Numbered from the stretch's first letter, positions 34,094-43,411 are shown. The stretch: DNA of 64,000 nucleotides from Acidobacteriota bacterium (GCA_027459505.1 DAIDIE010000021.1:92504-156503), one strand, 5' to 3'. Program-made: numbers and translations. Notes: generated by a model from the letters alone, not told the origin.

Positions 34094-37000
34094 TTGCGAA
34101 AAAGATCTGACGCCAAAGTGCGCTCTTCCCGTTCTGTTTCGCAGCGCTTGCCGCTTCCCTTTCCCATTGCCGGCATCGGCGCCTCGGCGGGCGGATTGGA
34201 GGCGTTCACGGAACTGTTAAAACACCTTCCGCCGGATACAGGCATCGGCTTTGTGCTGGTGCAGCATCTCGCGCCAGAGCGCAGCAGCGCACTTACTCAA
34301 CTGCTTTCCAGAGCAACGCCCATGCCCGTGCTAGAGGCTGCGGACAACCAGCGGGTTGCTCCGAATTGCGTTTATGTGATCCAGCCCTCTACGACGTTAA
34401 CGATCAAGCGGGGGCTGTTGAAACTTCGTCCGCGCCGGAACGCCCCTTCGCCAATTGGTTCAATTGATTGTTTTCTTGAATCTCTCGCCCACGATCAGCA
34501 CCAACACGCAATTGGTGTAGTTCTGTCCGGCACGGCTAAAGACGGCACACTTGGGCTGGAAGCCATCAAAGCCGAGGGCGGTATTACCTTCGCACAGGAC
34601 GATTCGGCCAAGTACGATTCAATGCCACACCACGCAATCGCCACAGGATGCGTGGACTTCGTTCTCAACCCGGAGGACATTGCCAAAGAGCTGGCCCGCA
34701 TCGCGCAACACCCGTACGTGGCTGGTCAGCAAGCCGGGGTGGTCAGTTCAGGGGACGCAAAACGAGAGCCGCTGGCGCCCAGCGCGCAACCGCCGCCCAT
34801 CGCTCGCCAAGGCAAGGCTTCCGCCATCAACGGCGGACAGGACTGGCGTCAACAGATTCTGCTTCTGCTGCGCAACTATTCCGGAGTAGATTTCTCCCTC
34901 TACAAACCCACCTCCATACAGCGGCGTATTGCGCGGCGCATGGTCTTGAAGAAACAAGATACCCTCCAGCAATATGCCGACCTCCTGCGGGCCAGCGCCG
35001 ATGAGCTGGCCGCTCTGAATTCGGACCTGCTGATCAGCGTGACCAGCTTCTTCCGCAACCCGGAAGCATTCGAGGTTCTTCAAGCCAAGGTATTTGCCAA
35101 ACTGCTGCAGGAGCGCGGAAACCATCCCCTTCGGGTCTGGGTGCTCGGATGTTCCACTGGGCAGGAGGCGTACTCGATTGCCATGGCGTTTGCCGAAGTG
35201 GCGGAGAAAGCTGCTCGCAACCGCACGCTGCAAGTGTTTGCCACCGATGTCAACGCGAACCTGTTGGACAAGGCGCGGCGGGGGCTTTATAGCAAGTCTT
35301 TGGTACAGGAAATATCACCGGAACGTTTGCGGCGCTTCTTCGTTGAGGAAGATGGAGGTTACCGGGTCGTAAAGTCATTGCGCGAGTCGATTGTTTTTGC
35401 CCGGCAGAATCTGATTACCGACCCACCCTTCTCGCGCATGGACCTGATCAGTTGCCGCAACTTGTTGATCTACCTTGAACCCAAAGTGCAAGCAAAGGCG
35501 CTGGCAACGTTTCATTACGCGCTCAACCCGGGTGGATTCCTCTTTCTAGGCGCGTCGGAATCCACTGACGGCTTCGCCGGGATGTTTGAAGCGGTTGATA
35601 AAAGACAGAAACTATATTGCAGGAAGCCGGCGCCGCTTGCGATGTCACTTCTGCCCCTCAAGGGCGACCGCCGGCAGCACAACGTTCGCGGACAAGAAGC
35701 TAACACGGGCAGTCCGCTTTCAGCCCCGGACGTAGTGGAGGACCACCTGCAAGGGGTCCGCGGAGACCTGGACGCGCAGCGCGAGGCCGATCGCGTCACG
35801 GTGAACCAATTCTCACCGCCAGGCGTGCTGATCAACTCCGAAATGCAGATTCTGCAATTTCGCGGACCCACGGACCCCTATCTTCAGCCCCCCTCCACCG
35901 GTAAGGCGCGTTTCGATCTTTTGAAGATGGCCCGCGAGGGCTTGATGGTTCCGCTGCGCGACGCGATCAACAAAGCGAAGAAGGTCAACAAACCTGTCCG
36001 TAAGGAGAACGTGGCCATCTACGAAGACCACAAGGTCCGGAGGGCGCATGTGGAAGTCGTGCCGCTGAAGAATCTGAAGGCGCACCGCTATCTTGTTTTT
36101 TTTGAGGACGCGGAGAAAGCACCTCCCCGCACCGGGTCCGGCCGCAAAATGGGGAACACCGCCAGCACGCGGCGGGCAAGCGGGAAAGACTGGCATGATG
36201 AGGGCGGCTTAGAGCGCCAGCTCGCCGAAACGCGCGATTACCTGGAGTCCATTCTGGAACAGCGCGAGGCGGCCAACCAGGAACTGCAGGTCTCCAGCGA
36301 GGAGGCTCAATCCGCGAACGAGGAATTGCAAAGCATCAATGAAGAATTGGAAACCTCCAAAGAAGAACTGGAAACCACCAATGAAGAATTGATCGCCACA
36401 AACGAAGAGTTGGCGCGGCGAAACACCGAGCTGAGCCATCTCAATGCGGATTGGGGCAATCTTTTAACCGCGACCGCGCTGCCGATAGTGCTGTTAGCGC
36501 GTGATTTGACGGTCCGCCGCTTCAGCCCCCAGGCGGAGCGGCAGTTCAACCTGCAAGCCGGCGACGCGGGGCGCCCTCTCCGCGGCCTCCGCCATGGCAT
36601 CGAGCTGCCCGAACTGGAAAGCCTTTTACAGGCAGTGGTGGCGGAGGGACGCGGCTTCGAACGTGAGATTCAGGACCAAAGTGGACGTTGGTTTTCCTTA
36701 CGCGTCTCCCCTTACCTGACACAGGAGAGAAAAGTGGAGGGGGCGGTGGTCGTGCTTCTGGACGTCGACGCCCTGAAGCGGGCCGAACGGCAGGCCACCG
36801 AAGCCCATCTTTATGCCCAGGCCGTGGTCGATGACGCGCCCCCGTTGCTGATTCTGGATGAACACTTGCGCGTGGTCTCAGCCAACGAACAGTTTTGCAA
36901 TCACTTCAAGGTATCGCGAGCCGAAACGACCAACACTCTGGTCTATAAGTTGGGCAACGGCCAATGGAACATTCCCAAATTGCGGAAGTTCCTGGAAGGG

Positions 37001-38296
37001 ATTCTGCCGCGTAACAGTTCTTTCACCGACTTCGAGGTTGTTCACGACTTCGCAACCATCGGGCGGCGGACGATGCTCCTCAGCGGACGCCGCCTGGATC
37101 ACCTGCGGCACATTATATTGTTTATTGCGGACATTACCGAACGGGTTGAGGCCCGTGAGAACGTGCGGGTTTCCGAACTGCGTTTCCGCCGGCTGTTTGA
37201 AAGCACCAAGGACGGAATTCTTATGCTCGACGCGGAAACCCGGCGCATCACGAATGCGAACCCATCCGCCGAGGCGATGCTCGGCTACTCCCGCGATCAG
37301 TTGAATGGGAAAGGGCTCTGCTCGCTCGGCTTACTAAGGGACATTGGCGAGGAAGAGGCCGCTTTCCAGCGGATGAGAGAAGGCAAGGTCGCTTGCTACG
37401 ACCATATTCCACTATCGACCAAGGATGGACGCGCACTTCTGGTAGAGCTAGTGGGCACCCTTTACCATGAACAAACCAATGAAGTGGCCTACTTCAATCT
37501 CCGCGACATCACCGAACGCAGTCAAATTGAAGCAGAACTCCTGCGGACCAGAGATGCGCTCGCCAATGAAGCTGCCACTCTGGAGCGTCTGGTCCGGGAG
37601 CGCACGGCGGACCTGAGCGCATCGACGGAACAGTTGGAAACGTTCGTATATTCGATGGCGCACGACCTGCGCGCGCCACTGCGGGCGATGCAGGGTTTTG
37701 CCGTGATGCTGGCCAGCGACGCCGGCACGGCGCTGAGTGAAACCGGCAAGGATTGTGTGGAGCGCATCGATAAGTCGGCACAATTCATGGACGCCTTATT
37801 GATCGACCTCTTGGCGTTTAGCCGCGTCAGCCAGCAACCAGTCGAACTTGCGGCCGTGCCCCTGGAAAACGTGGTCGACTCGGTCCTCAGCCGTCTGCAG
37901 GGGCAAATTGACGAGTTGCGTGCTCAAACGGAAATCTCCGGCCCGTGGCCGTCGGTGCTGGCCCATCAGCCGACGTTGATGCAGATGTTGTTCAATCTAG
38001 TAAGCAATGCCCTGAAATTTATCAGCCCTGACAGGGAACCCCGGGTGTGTTTGCGGGCCGAGGAACAGGGAGCATTCATTCGCCTTTGGGTGGAAGACAA
38101 CGGCGTAGGTATCGCACCCAATCATCAAGAGCAGATATTCCGGGTATTTACCCGTTTGCATGGTGAACGGTATCCCGGCACCGGTGTTGGCCTTGCGATC
38201 GTTCAAAAGGGAGCGCACCGCATGGGAGGCCGAGCGGGCGTGGAGTCCGCCGCGGGAGAGGGCAGCCGTTTTTGGATTGACCTGCGGAAGGCATGA
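34094..38296 (+). CDS. CheB methylesterase - CheR methyltransferase - coiled coil - PAS x3 - histidine kinase fusion protein
   Basis: 1400-aa ORF. CheB-like FPIAGIGASAGGLEAFTELLKHLPPDTGIGFVLVQHL, CheR-like LRVWVLGCSTGQEAYSIAMAF...DLISCRNLLIYL, heptad region ELQSINEELETSKEELETTNEELIATNEEL, H-box FVYSMAHDLRAPLRAM, and ATP-binding boxes FNLVSNALKF, VEDNGVGI and GTGVGLAIVQK. Confidence 0.9.
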   Translation: MRKRSDAKVRSSRSVSQRLPLPFPIAGIGASAGGLEAFTELLKHLPPDTGIGFVLVQHLAPERSSALTQLLSRATPMPVLEAADNQRVAPNCVYVIQPSTTLTIKRGLLKLRPRRNAPSPIGSIDCFLESLAHDQHQHAIGVVLSGTAKDGTLGLEAIKAEGGITFAQDDSAKYDSMPHHAIATGCVDFVLNPEDIAKELARIAQHPYVAGQQAGVVSSGDAKREPLAPSAQPPPIARQGKASAINGGQDWRQQILLLLRNYSGVDFSLYKPTSIQRRIARRMVLKKQDTLQQYADLLRASADELAALNSDLLISVTSFFRNPEAFEVLQAKVFAKLLQERGNHPLRVWVLGCSTGQEAYSIAMAFAEVAEKAARNRTLQVFATDVNANLLDKARRGLYSKSLVQEISPERLRRFFVEEDGGYRVVKSLRESIVFARQNLITDPPFSRMDLISCRNLLIYLEPKVQAKALATFHYALNPGGFLFLGASESTDGFAGMFEAVDKRQKLYCRKPAPLAMSLLPLKGDRRQHNVRGQEANTGSPLSAPDVVEDHLQGVRGDLDAQREADRVTVNQFSPPGVLINSEMQILQFRGPTDPYLQPPSTGKARFDLLKMAREGLMVPLRDAINKAKKVNKPVRKENVAIYEDHKVRRAHVEVVPLKNLKAHRYLVFFEDAEKAPPRTGSGRKMGNTASTRRASGKDWHDEGGLERQLAETRDYLESILEQREAANQELQVSSEEAQSANEELQSINEELETSKEELETTNEELIATNEELARRNTELSHLNADWGNLLTATALPIVLLARDLTVRRFSPQAERQFNLQAGDAGRPLRGLRHGIELPELESLLQAVVAEGRGFEREIQDQSGRWFSLRVSPYLTQERKVEGAVVVLLDVDALKRAERQATEAHLYAQAVVDDAPPLLILDEHLRVVSANEQFCNHFKVSRAETTNTLVYKLGNGQWNIPKLRKFLEGILPRNSSFTDFEVVHDFATIGRRTMLLSGRRLDHLRHIILFIADITERVEARENVRVSELRFRRLFESTKDGILMLDAETRRITNANPSAEAMLGYSRDQLNGKGLCSLGLLRDIGEEEAAFQRMREGKVACYDHIPLSTKDGRALLVELVGTLYHEQTNEVAYFNLRDITERSQIEAELLRTRDALANEAATLERLVRERTADLSASTEQLETFVYSMAHDLRAPLRAMQGFAVMLASDAGTALSETGKDCVERIDKSAQFMDALLIDLLAFSRVSQQPVELAAVPLENVVDSVLSRLQGQIDELRAQTEISGPWPSVLAHQPTLMQMLFNLVSNALKFISPDREPRVCLRAEEQGAFIRLWVEDNGVGIAPNHQEQIFRVFTRLHGERYPGTGVGLAIVQKGAHRMGGRAGVESAAGEGSRFWIDLRKA

Positions 38297-38357
38297 GGTC
38301 TATCCGGCTGTGGTGAGGGTCGGTTCATCCGAGCTTTAGCTGCTTCGAGGCACTATT

Positions 38358-38867
38358 ATGAACCGCGAATATAGCATTCTTGTAGTCGACGACAGCGAAA
38401 ATGACCGGTTGCTCCTGCGTGCCGCATTCGAGAGGGCCGGCTTGAAAAAGCCGCTGCGCGAAGTCCCGGACGGGGAGCAAGCCATTGCGTATTTGAAAGG
38501 TGAGGGCGCCTACAGCGACCGCGCCGGGAATCCGCTGCCAACAGTGATGCTGCTGGATCTCAACATGCCGCTGAAGAACGGCTTCGAAGTGTTGCAGTGG
38601 GTACGCCAGCAGCCTGGATTGAAGCGGATGACCATTATCGTCCTCACCGCCTCCACGCGGGAGGAGGATGTGGAGCGAGCGTTTGATCTGGGAGCGAATG
38701 CCTTTCTTCTTAAACCCACCAAGTTAGAGACGTTGGTAGCCATGGTGCGCAGTCTGCACCATTGGATGGAGTTTAATCGTTTCCCTTCTCTGAACGAATT
38801 TGCGCCGTCCGGCGATTTTACGCGTTCCGCCGCGTCGAGCGCTTTCCGGCAAGACCCGCCCATGTGA
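38358..38867 (+). CDS. CheY-like response regulator receiver
   Basis: 169-aa ORF: ILVVDDSENDRLLLRAAFERAG...VMLLDLNMPLKNGFEVLQWV...IIVLTAS...LLKP. Confidence 0.88.
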   Translation: MNREYSILVVDDSENDRLLLRAAFERAGLKKPLREVPDGEQAIAYLKGEGAYSDRAGNPLPTVMLLDLNMPLKNGFEVLQWVRQQPGLKRMTIIVLTASTREEDVERAFDLGANAFLLKPTKLETLVAMVRSLHHWMEFNRFPSLNEFAPSGDFTRSAASSAFRQDPPM

Positions 38868-39096
38868 GCGGGTGAGCACAGGACCGCGTCACGGCCGGCG
38901 GCAGCTTCTCAGAGACCAGCAAGACCATGTCAGGCGTGACATCAGATGGCGCTCCCGCCGGTGATGAAGGCGCGGTTGGCCTCCTCAACGCCGCCGCCGC
39001 GCTAATGAGTACTTTACCGGGAAGTGTGTCGAGAGAGTGGGCCGAGCGCTTCAGTTTCCCAAAGCGGAAATACCTTGCCTATGGGAACATTGGAAC

Positions 39097-39399
39097 ATGT
39101 TTGTTCACACTGTCTATTTCTGGCTTAACGACTCGGCCCGGGCCGAGGCGCAACCAAACCTGCTGCGCGACTGCCACGAATTGCTGGGGAAAATTCCCAC
39201 TGTGAAATCGCTCTGGGCGGGCAAGCCCGCGATGACGCCGCGCGAAGTGGTCGACAACTCCTACGCCGTGGGGCTGACCGTGTTGCTGGAAGATGAACCG
39301 GGCCACCGGATCTATCAGGACCACCCGCTGCATCTGCAGTTCATTGAGCGCAACAAGGCCAACTGGAAGCGGGTGCAGGTGTACGACTTTAATTTTTAG
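39097..39399 (+). CDS. Dabb (stress-responsive dimeric alpha/beta barrel) protein
   Basis: Trimmed to the ATG at 39097: MFVHTVYFWLNDSARAE...LLGKIPTVKSLWAGKP...YAVGLTVLLEDEPGHRIYQDHPLHLQF. Confidence 0.75.
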   Translation: MFVHTVYFWLNDSARAEAQPNLLRDCHELLGKIPTVKSLWAGKPAMTPREVVDNSYAVGLTVLLEDEPGHRIYQDHPLHLQFIERNKANWKRVQVYDFNF

Positions 39400-39450
39400 C
39401 GCCAGACTCGCAAGGCTCAGGCGCCGGTGGCGCCCTGCGGAAGGGCGCCG

Positions 39451-39534
39451 CTTCACTATCGAGACTTCACCAGCTAGACTTCACCATCTAGACTTCACCA
39501 GCTCGACTTCACCGGGTAGGCTTCACCAGGCAAG
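39451..39534. repeat. Tandem repeat, six units of 14 nt (consensus CTTCACCAGCTAGA)
   Basis: Units start at 39451, 39465, 39479, 39493, 39507 and 39521 with an exact 14-nt period. The CTTCAC(C) core is invariant and the 3' half drifts. The array is intergenic, between convergent genes. Confidence 0.9.
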
Positions 39535-39735
39535 GACGCCCGCGCCCTTCCAGCACGAGAGGCGGGCCAGAGCGCGGCTCCTCCAGGAAAGGGACGCGCA
39601 GGCTTAGCTCCACACATCTGCCTCCCTGCGCCGTGTAGAACACCTGTGCCGCCGTGTTCTGCTCCAGGGCCCCAGAGGTAGAGCTTGCGCCTGCCGCTCC
39701 CGATCCCGCGTCCAGCGATCACCCCTTCTCTTCAC

Positions 39736-40377
39736 CTACCCCACGGGGATGATGCCGCTCGTTCCGGGATGCTCCGCGTTGCGATCGTGAGGGCCGGTGG
39801 GGCCGCCGCTACGCGTTTTGCCGCTCCAGGCATCGAGGTCGACGGCCACCACCTCGGTAATGTCGAGATGTTGGGGGGTGGCCGCCTCATAGTCACGTCC
39901 CGCGGCGCGCTGCGGAAAATAGCGGTCTATCATTGCCGCCAGGACGCGCGCCTTTTCGCTCTGTTCGGTAACCAGCCGCCCTTTGCCAAAGCAGACTACG
40001 CTCCGGTAGTTCATGGAGTGATTCAACGCCGTCTTGGAAGCAATCAGCGCGTCCAACTCGGTGACGGTCACGCACAGGGGCTGACCATTGGCCATCTGCG
40101 CCATTGCCCGGCTCTCCAGGCCGCCATGCAGATACATCGTTCCCAGCCCCGCGGCGTCGGCCTCAAAGTGATACGTAAAGGGAATAACAAAGGGCTGACC
40201 GTCCTGCACGAAACCGGCATGCGCGACTCTGCCCGCGAGCAGGAACTCCGCGCAACGCTCCGGTACCGAGCGCTCCTTGTGCTGCTTCATGCTGGCGCGC
40301 AGTTCAGCACTCGAAACCGGACATTGACCGGTGGCGCGAGGGGTATTGTTGTTGAGTTCTGCCGAACGCGTGGACAT
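39736..40377 (-). CDS. Pyridoxamine 5'-phosphate oxidase-family flavoprotein (Pyridox_ox_2 / NimA-like)
   Basis: Trimmed to the ATG at 40377, preceded by AGGAG. Sequence: FLLAGRVAHAGFVQDGQPFVIPFTYHFE...MYLHGGLESR...NYRSVVCFGKGRLV...AMIDRYFPQRA. Confidence 0.75.
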   Translation of the reverse strand: MSTRSAELNNNTPRATGQCPVSSAELRASMKQHKERSVPERCAEFLLAGRVAHAGFVQDGQPFVIPFTYHFEADAAGLGTMYLHGGLESRAMAQMANGQPLCVTVTELDALIASKTALNHSMNYRSVVCFGKGRLVTEQSEKARVLAAMIDRYFPQRAAGRDYEAATPQHLDITEVVAVDLDAWSGKTRSGGPTGPHDRNAEHPGTSGIIPVG

Positions 40378-40477
40378 GGGATTCTCCTGAACTGAATTCC
40401 CTTTCAACGTTACGCCGGAAGTGGCACTATGTACACGTCCACTTTTGCCGGCATTGATGGTGCCACTTCCGGCAGGC

Positions 40478-40665
40478 GAGGCACGGCCTCGTCTCCTGAG
40501 CCGCCCGCTGGCATTGCTTTAGGTTGGGTCGCTGGCATGTTCTCCAGTGAGAACGTGAAGCCGCCGATGCCGGGCTCCTCTCCCACACGAGAGAGCCGCC
40601 CTTCGGAATTTCGCGGCCCTCCACCTGCGATCTCCTCCCGCAGGGAGGACTCGGTGGCTCGCTCC
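40478..40665 (+). repeat. Structured intergenic element, family 2, copy 2 (about 188 nt)
   Basis: Aligns with 17301..17517. It lacks the CCCCAACAAAGC hairpin but has a complete terminal hairpin TCCTCCC-GCA-GGGAGGA. Its last base is 2 nt before the mocR-like start codon. Confidence 0.9.
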
Positions 40666-40667
40666 TT

Positions 40668-42266
40668 ATGGCGACACGCGCAACCGCATTTCCGCTGCAC
40701 CTCCGTCTGGACCACGGCAAGCCGCTCCAGCAGCAGCTCTACTGGCGTCTCCGGGAAGCCATCCTGCAGGGCCGCCTGCGCGCCGGGCTGCGCCTGCCCT
40801 CGTCGCGCAGCCTGGCGCAAGAACTGGGAGTGGCGCGCAACACGGTGACCGCGGCCTTCGAGATGCTGGTGGCGGAAGGATACGTGCGCTGCCGCGGCGG
40901 GGCGGGAACATTTGTCTGCGCGGAACTGCCGGAAGCGCTTCTGCACGCCGCCACTCCCGCGCCGCCGCCATCCAGGCCCCAGCCGCACGACAACGTTTCT
41001 GGGAACGGCAGCTTGCCCGCGCGCGGCAACAGCCCCGCGCCCAGGCTGCGGGTCTCGTTGCGCGGCCGCACCCATTTACAGGACTGGCCGGGAGCGGATC
41101 GCGGCGGCCAGCTCGCTGTACGGCACCGCCCGGCCCAAGCTCCCGGTAAAGACACAACGCCCAGCTTGCCGCCGCTTCTGCCCGCGGGACCCGCGCTGGA
41201 ACACTTCCCCGTCGAACTGTGGGGACGGCTGCTGGCGCGCTGCTGGCGCCGCAGCCCCTTGCGGCTGCTCGCCTCCGGCGATCCCCAGGGCGATTGCGAC
41301 CTGCGTCAGGCAATTGCCGCCTACCTGGGCAGCGCGCGCGGCGTGCGCTGCGAAGCCGGACAGGTGGTGATCACTTCCGGTTCACAACAAGCCATCGACC
41401 TGGCCGCGCGGGTGCTGCTCAACGGAGGGGAACAGGCCTGGCTGGAGGACCCTGGTTACTGGGGCGCGCGCACCGCTTTGCGCGCCGCCGGGGCCGAACT
41501 GATTGCGGTTCCCGTCGATGAAGAAGGCTTGAACCTCGGCGACGCGCTGCGGCGCGGCCCCCAAGCCCGTTTGGCTCTGATTACCCCCTCGCATCAGTTT
41601 CCCCTCGGCGTCACCATGAGCCTGGCGCGCCGTTTTGAGCTGTTGCAGTGGGCAGCCTCCCACGATGGCTGGATACTGGAAGACGATTTCGACAGTGAAT
41701 TCCGCTACACCGGGCTGCCGCAAACCGCCCTGCAGGGCCTGGATACGGAAGGGCGCGTCATCTATCTGGGGACCTTCAGCAGGGTGCTATTCCCCGCCCT
41801 GCGCATTGGGTATCTGGTGCTGCCGCCCGATCTGGTGGATGCGTTTGTCGCCGCACGGGCTGCCGCCGGCTGGCAATCCGCCGTGCTGGAACAACAGGTA
41901 TTGGCCCGCTTCATCGCCGAGGGCCACTTTGGACGCCACCTGCGGCGTATGCGCCATATCTATGGGGAGCGCCGCCAGGCGCTGCTGGACGCTCTGCAGG
42001 CTCTCTCCGGCTGGCTGGAGGCGCCGCCGCCGGATTGCGGTCTGCACGCCATCGGATGGTTGCGGGCGCCGCGCGCCGCAGCCCGCCTAGTGCGCATGCA
42101 GGAGGCCGCCCGCACCTGTGGCTACGGGCTGGTTTCGCTGGCTCGTTTTTGCGGCGCGGCGCAACCGCCCCCCGCCCTCGTCTTGCCCTTCAGCGCGGAA
42201 GACGTCCGCACGATTCGCCGCCGCATTCATCTTTTGGCGCGCACCCTGCAGGGAGCGACGCCATGA
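40668..42266 (+). CDS. MocR/PdxR-type regulator (GntR winged helix + class I aminotransferase-like PLP domain)
   Basis: 532-aa ORF. The N-terminus YWRLREAILQGRLRAGLRLPSSRSLAQELGVARNTVTAAFEMLVAEGYV is a GntR HTH, and a long aminotransferase-fold C-terminus follows (ITPSHQFPLGVTMSLARR...YLGTFSRVLFPALRIGYLV). Confidence 0.88.
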   Translation: MATRATAFPLHLRLDHGKPLQQQLYWRLREAILQGRLRAGLRLPSSRSLAQELGVARNTVTAAFEMLVAEGYVRCRGGAGTFVCAELPEALLHAATPAPPPSRPQPHDNVSGNGSLPARGNSPAPRLRVSLRGRTHLQDWPGADRGGQLAVRHRPAQAPGKDTTPSLPPLLPAGPALEHFPVELWGRLLARCWRRSPLRLLASGDPQGDCDLRQAIAAYLGSARGVRCEAGQVVITSGSQQAIDLAARVLLNGGEQAWLEDPGYWGARTALRAAGAELIAVPVDEEGLNLGDALRRGPQARLALITPSHQFPLGVTMSLARRFELLQWAASHDGWILEDDFDSEFRYTGLPQTALQGLDTEGRVIYLGTFSRVLFPALRIGYLVLPPDLVDAFVAARAAAGWQSAVLEQQVLARFIAEGHFGRHLRRMRHIYGERRQALLDALQALSGWLEAPPPDCGLHAIGWLRAPRAAARLVRMQEAARTCGYGLVSLARFCGAAQPPPALVLPFSAEDVRTIRRRIHLLARTLQGATP

Positions 42267-43324
42267 GCGGCCGCAAGATTGTCCACGTCGATATGGACGC
42301 CTTTTACGCCTCGGTGGAACAGCGCGACAAACCGGAATTGCGCGGGCGCCCGGTGGTGGTCGCCTGGCGCGGCAATCGTTCCGTGGTCTGCGCCGCCTCT
42401 TATGAAGCGCGGCGCTTCGGCGTGCACTCGGCGATGCCCGCGCTGCGCGCCGAACGCCTCTGCCCCGCGGCGATCTTCGTGCCTCCCGATTTTTCCCGCT
42501 ACCGCGCCGTCTCCCAGCAGGTCCGCGAGATTTTCCGCCGCTACACCGACCTTATTGAACCCCTCTCGCTGGACGAGGCCTACCTTGACGTCACGGTTAA
42601 CAAGCCCGCCCTGGAGACCGCAACCCAGGTCGCGCGGCTCATTCGGCAGCAGATCCGCGAAGAGCTGCGGCTGACCGCTTCAGCGGGCGTGGCGCCCAAT
42701 AAATTTCTGGCTAAGATCGCCTCGGACTGGCGCAAACCGGATGGGCTGTTCGTCATCCGCCCCGAGCAGGTCGACGGCTTTCTCGCGCCCCTGCCAGTCG
42801 AACGCCTGCCCGGTGTTGGCAAGGTCACGGCGGACCGGCTCAATGTACTGGGGATCAAGTCAGTTGCCGATCTGCGCACCTTCACCCTGGAGGAACTGGA
42901 GCAGCGCTTTGGGCGCTATGGGCAGCGGCTCTACGAGTTGGCGCGCGGCATCGACGAGCATCCGGTTACCCCCAACCGCCCCACCCGTTCGATTTCCGCG
43001 GAAGACACCTTTCCCAACGATCTCACCCTGGCGGAGTTGGAGCCGGTCATCCGCACGCTGGCGCAAAAGGTCTGGGCAGCCGCGAGGCGCGAACAGCGGC
43101 CGGCGCGCACGGTGGTGCTGAAGTTGAAGACGCCGGAGTTCAAGATCCTTACCCGCAGCTACACGCCGCCGGCGCCCCCCGCCAGTGTCGAGGAGGTCAT
43201 CGCCATCGCGCTGGAGTTGCGCGCCCGCGTCCTGGCGCTGCCGCGCCAACGCTATCGTCTGGCCGGGGTGGGACTGAGCAACTTCATTGATCCCAATACG
43301 TATTTCCCGCCCCGGCTGTTTTGA
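42263..43324 (+). CDS. dinB: DNA polymerase IV (Y-family)
   Basis: ORF trimmed to the ATG at 42263: MSGRKIVHVDMDAFYASVEQRDKPELRGRPVVV...EPLSLDEAYLDVT...AGVAPNKFLAKIASD. ATGA overlap with the mocR-like stop. Confidence 0.92.
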   Translation: MSGRKIVHVDMDAFYASVEQRDKPELRGRPVVVAWRGNRSVVCAASYEARRFGVHSAMPALRAERLCPAAIFVPPDFSRYRAVSQQVREIFRRYTDLIEPLSLDEAYLDVTVNKPALETATQVARLIRQQIREELRLTASAGVAPNKFLAKIASDWRKPDGLFVIRPEQVDGFLAPLPVERLPGVGKVTADRLNVLGIKSVADLRTFTLEELEQRFGRYGQRLYELARGIDEHPVTPNRPTRSISAEDTFPNDLTLAELEPVIRTLAQKVWAAARREQRPARTVVLKLKTPEFKILTRSYTPPAPPASVEEVIAIALELRARVLALPRQRYRLAGVGLSNFIDPNTYFPPRLF

Positions 43325-43335
43325 GGCGTGGCCAG

Positions 43336-43380
43336 CGCGGCACGGCCGCTCTTGTCCACACGCTCAGGGAATCCGGCCAG
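43336..43380 (+). repeat. Solo 5' stub of the family 1 element (P1 hairpin + about 30 nt) acting as the dinB 3' hairpin
   Basis: GCGGCACGGCCGC-TCTTGTCCACACGCT..TCCGGCC matches the first roughly 45 nt of family 1 (GCGGCACGGCCGC-TTTTATTCCACCCGCT..TCCGGCC). The rest of the element is absent. It begins 12 nt after the dinB stop. Confidence 0.6.
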
Positions 43381-43411
43381 CAACCGCGCGAGCCGCGAGC
43401 AGCATGCCACG

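Noticed and set aside
39451-39534. CRISPR array
   Set aside because: The repeats are directly adjacent with a 14-nt period and no unique spacers. There are no cas genes in the window.
40410-41313. Minus-strand ORFs 40410..41075 and 40666..41313 (221 and 215 aa)
   Set aside because: They are antisense to the well-supported MocR-type gene and overlap the family 2 repeat. The products are Arg/Ala/Gly/Pro-rich without motifs.
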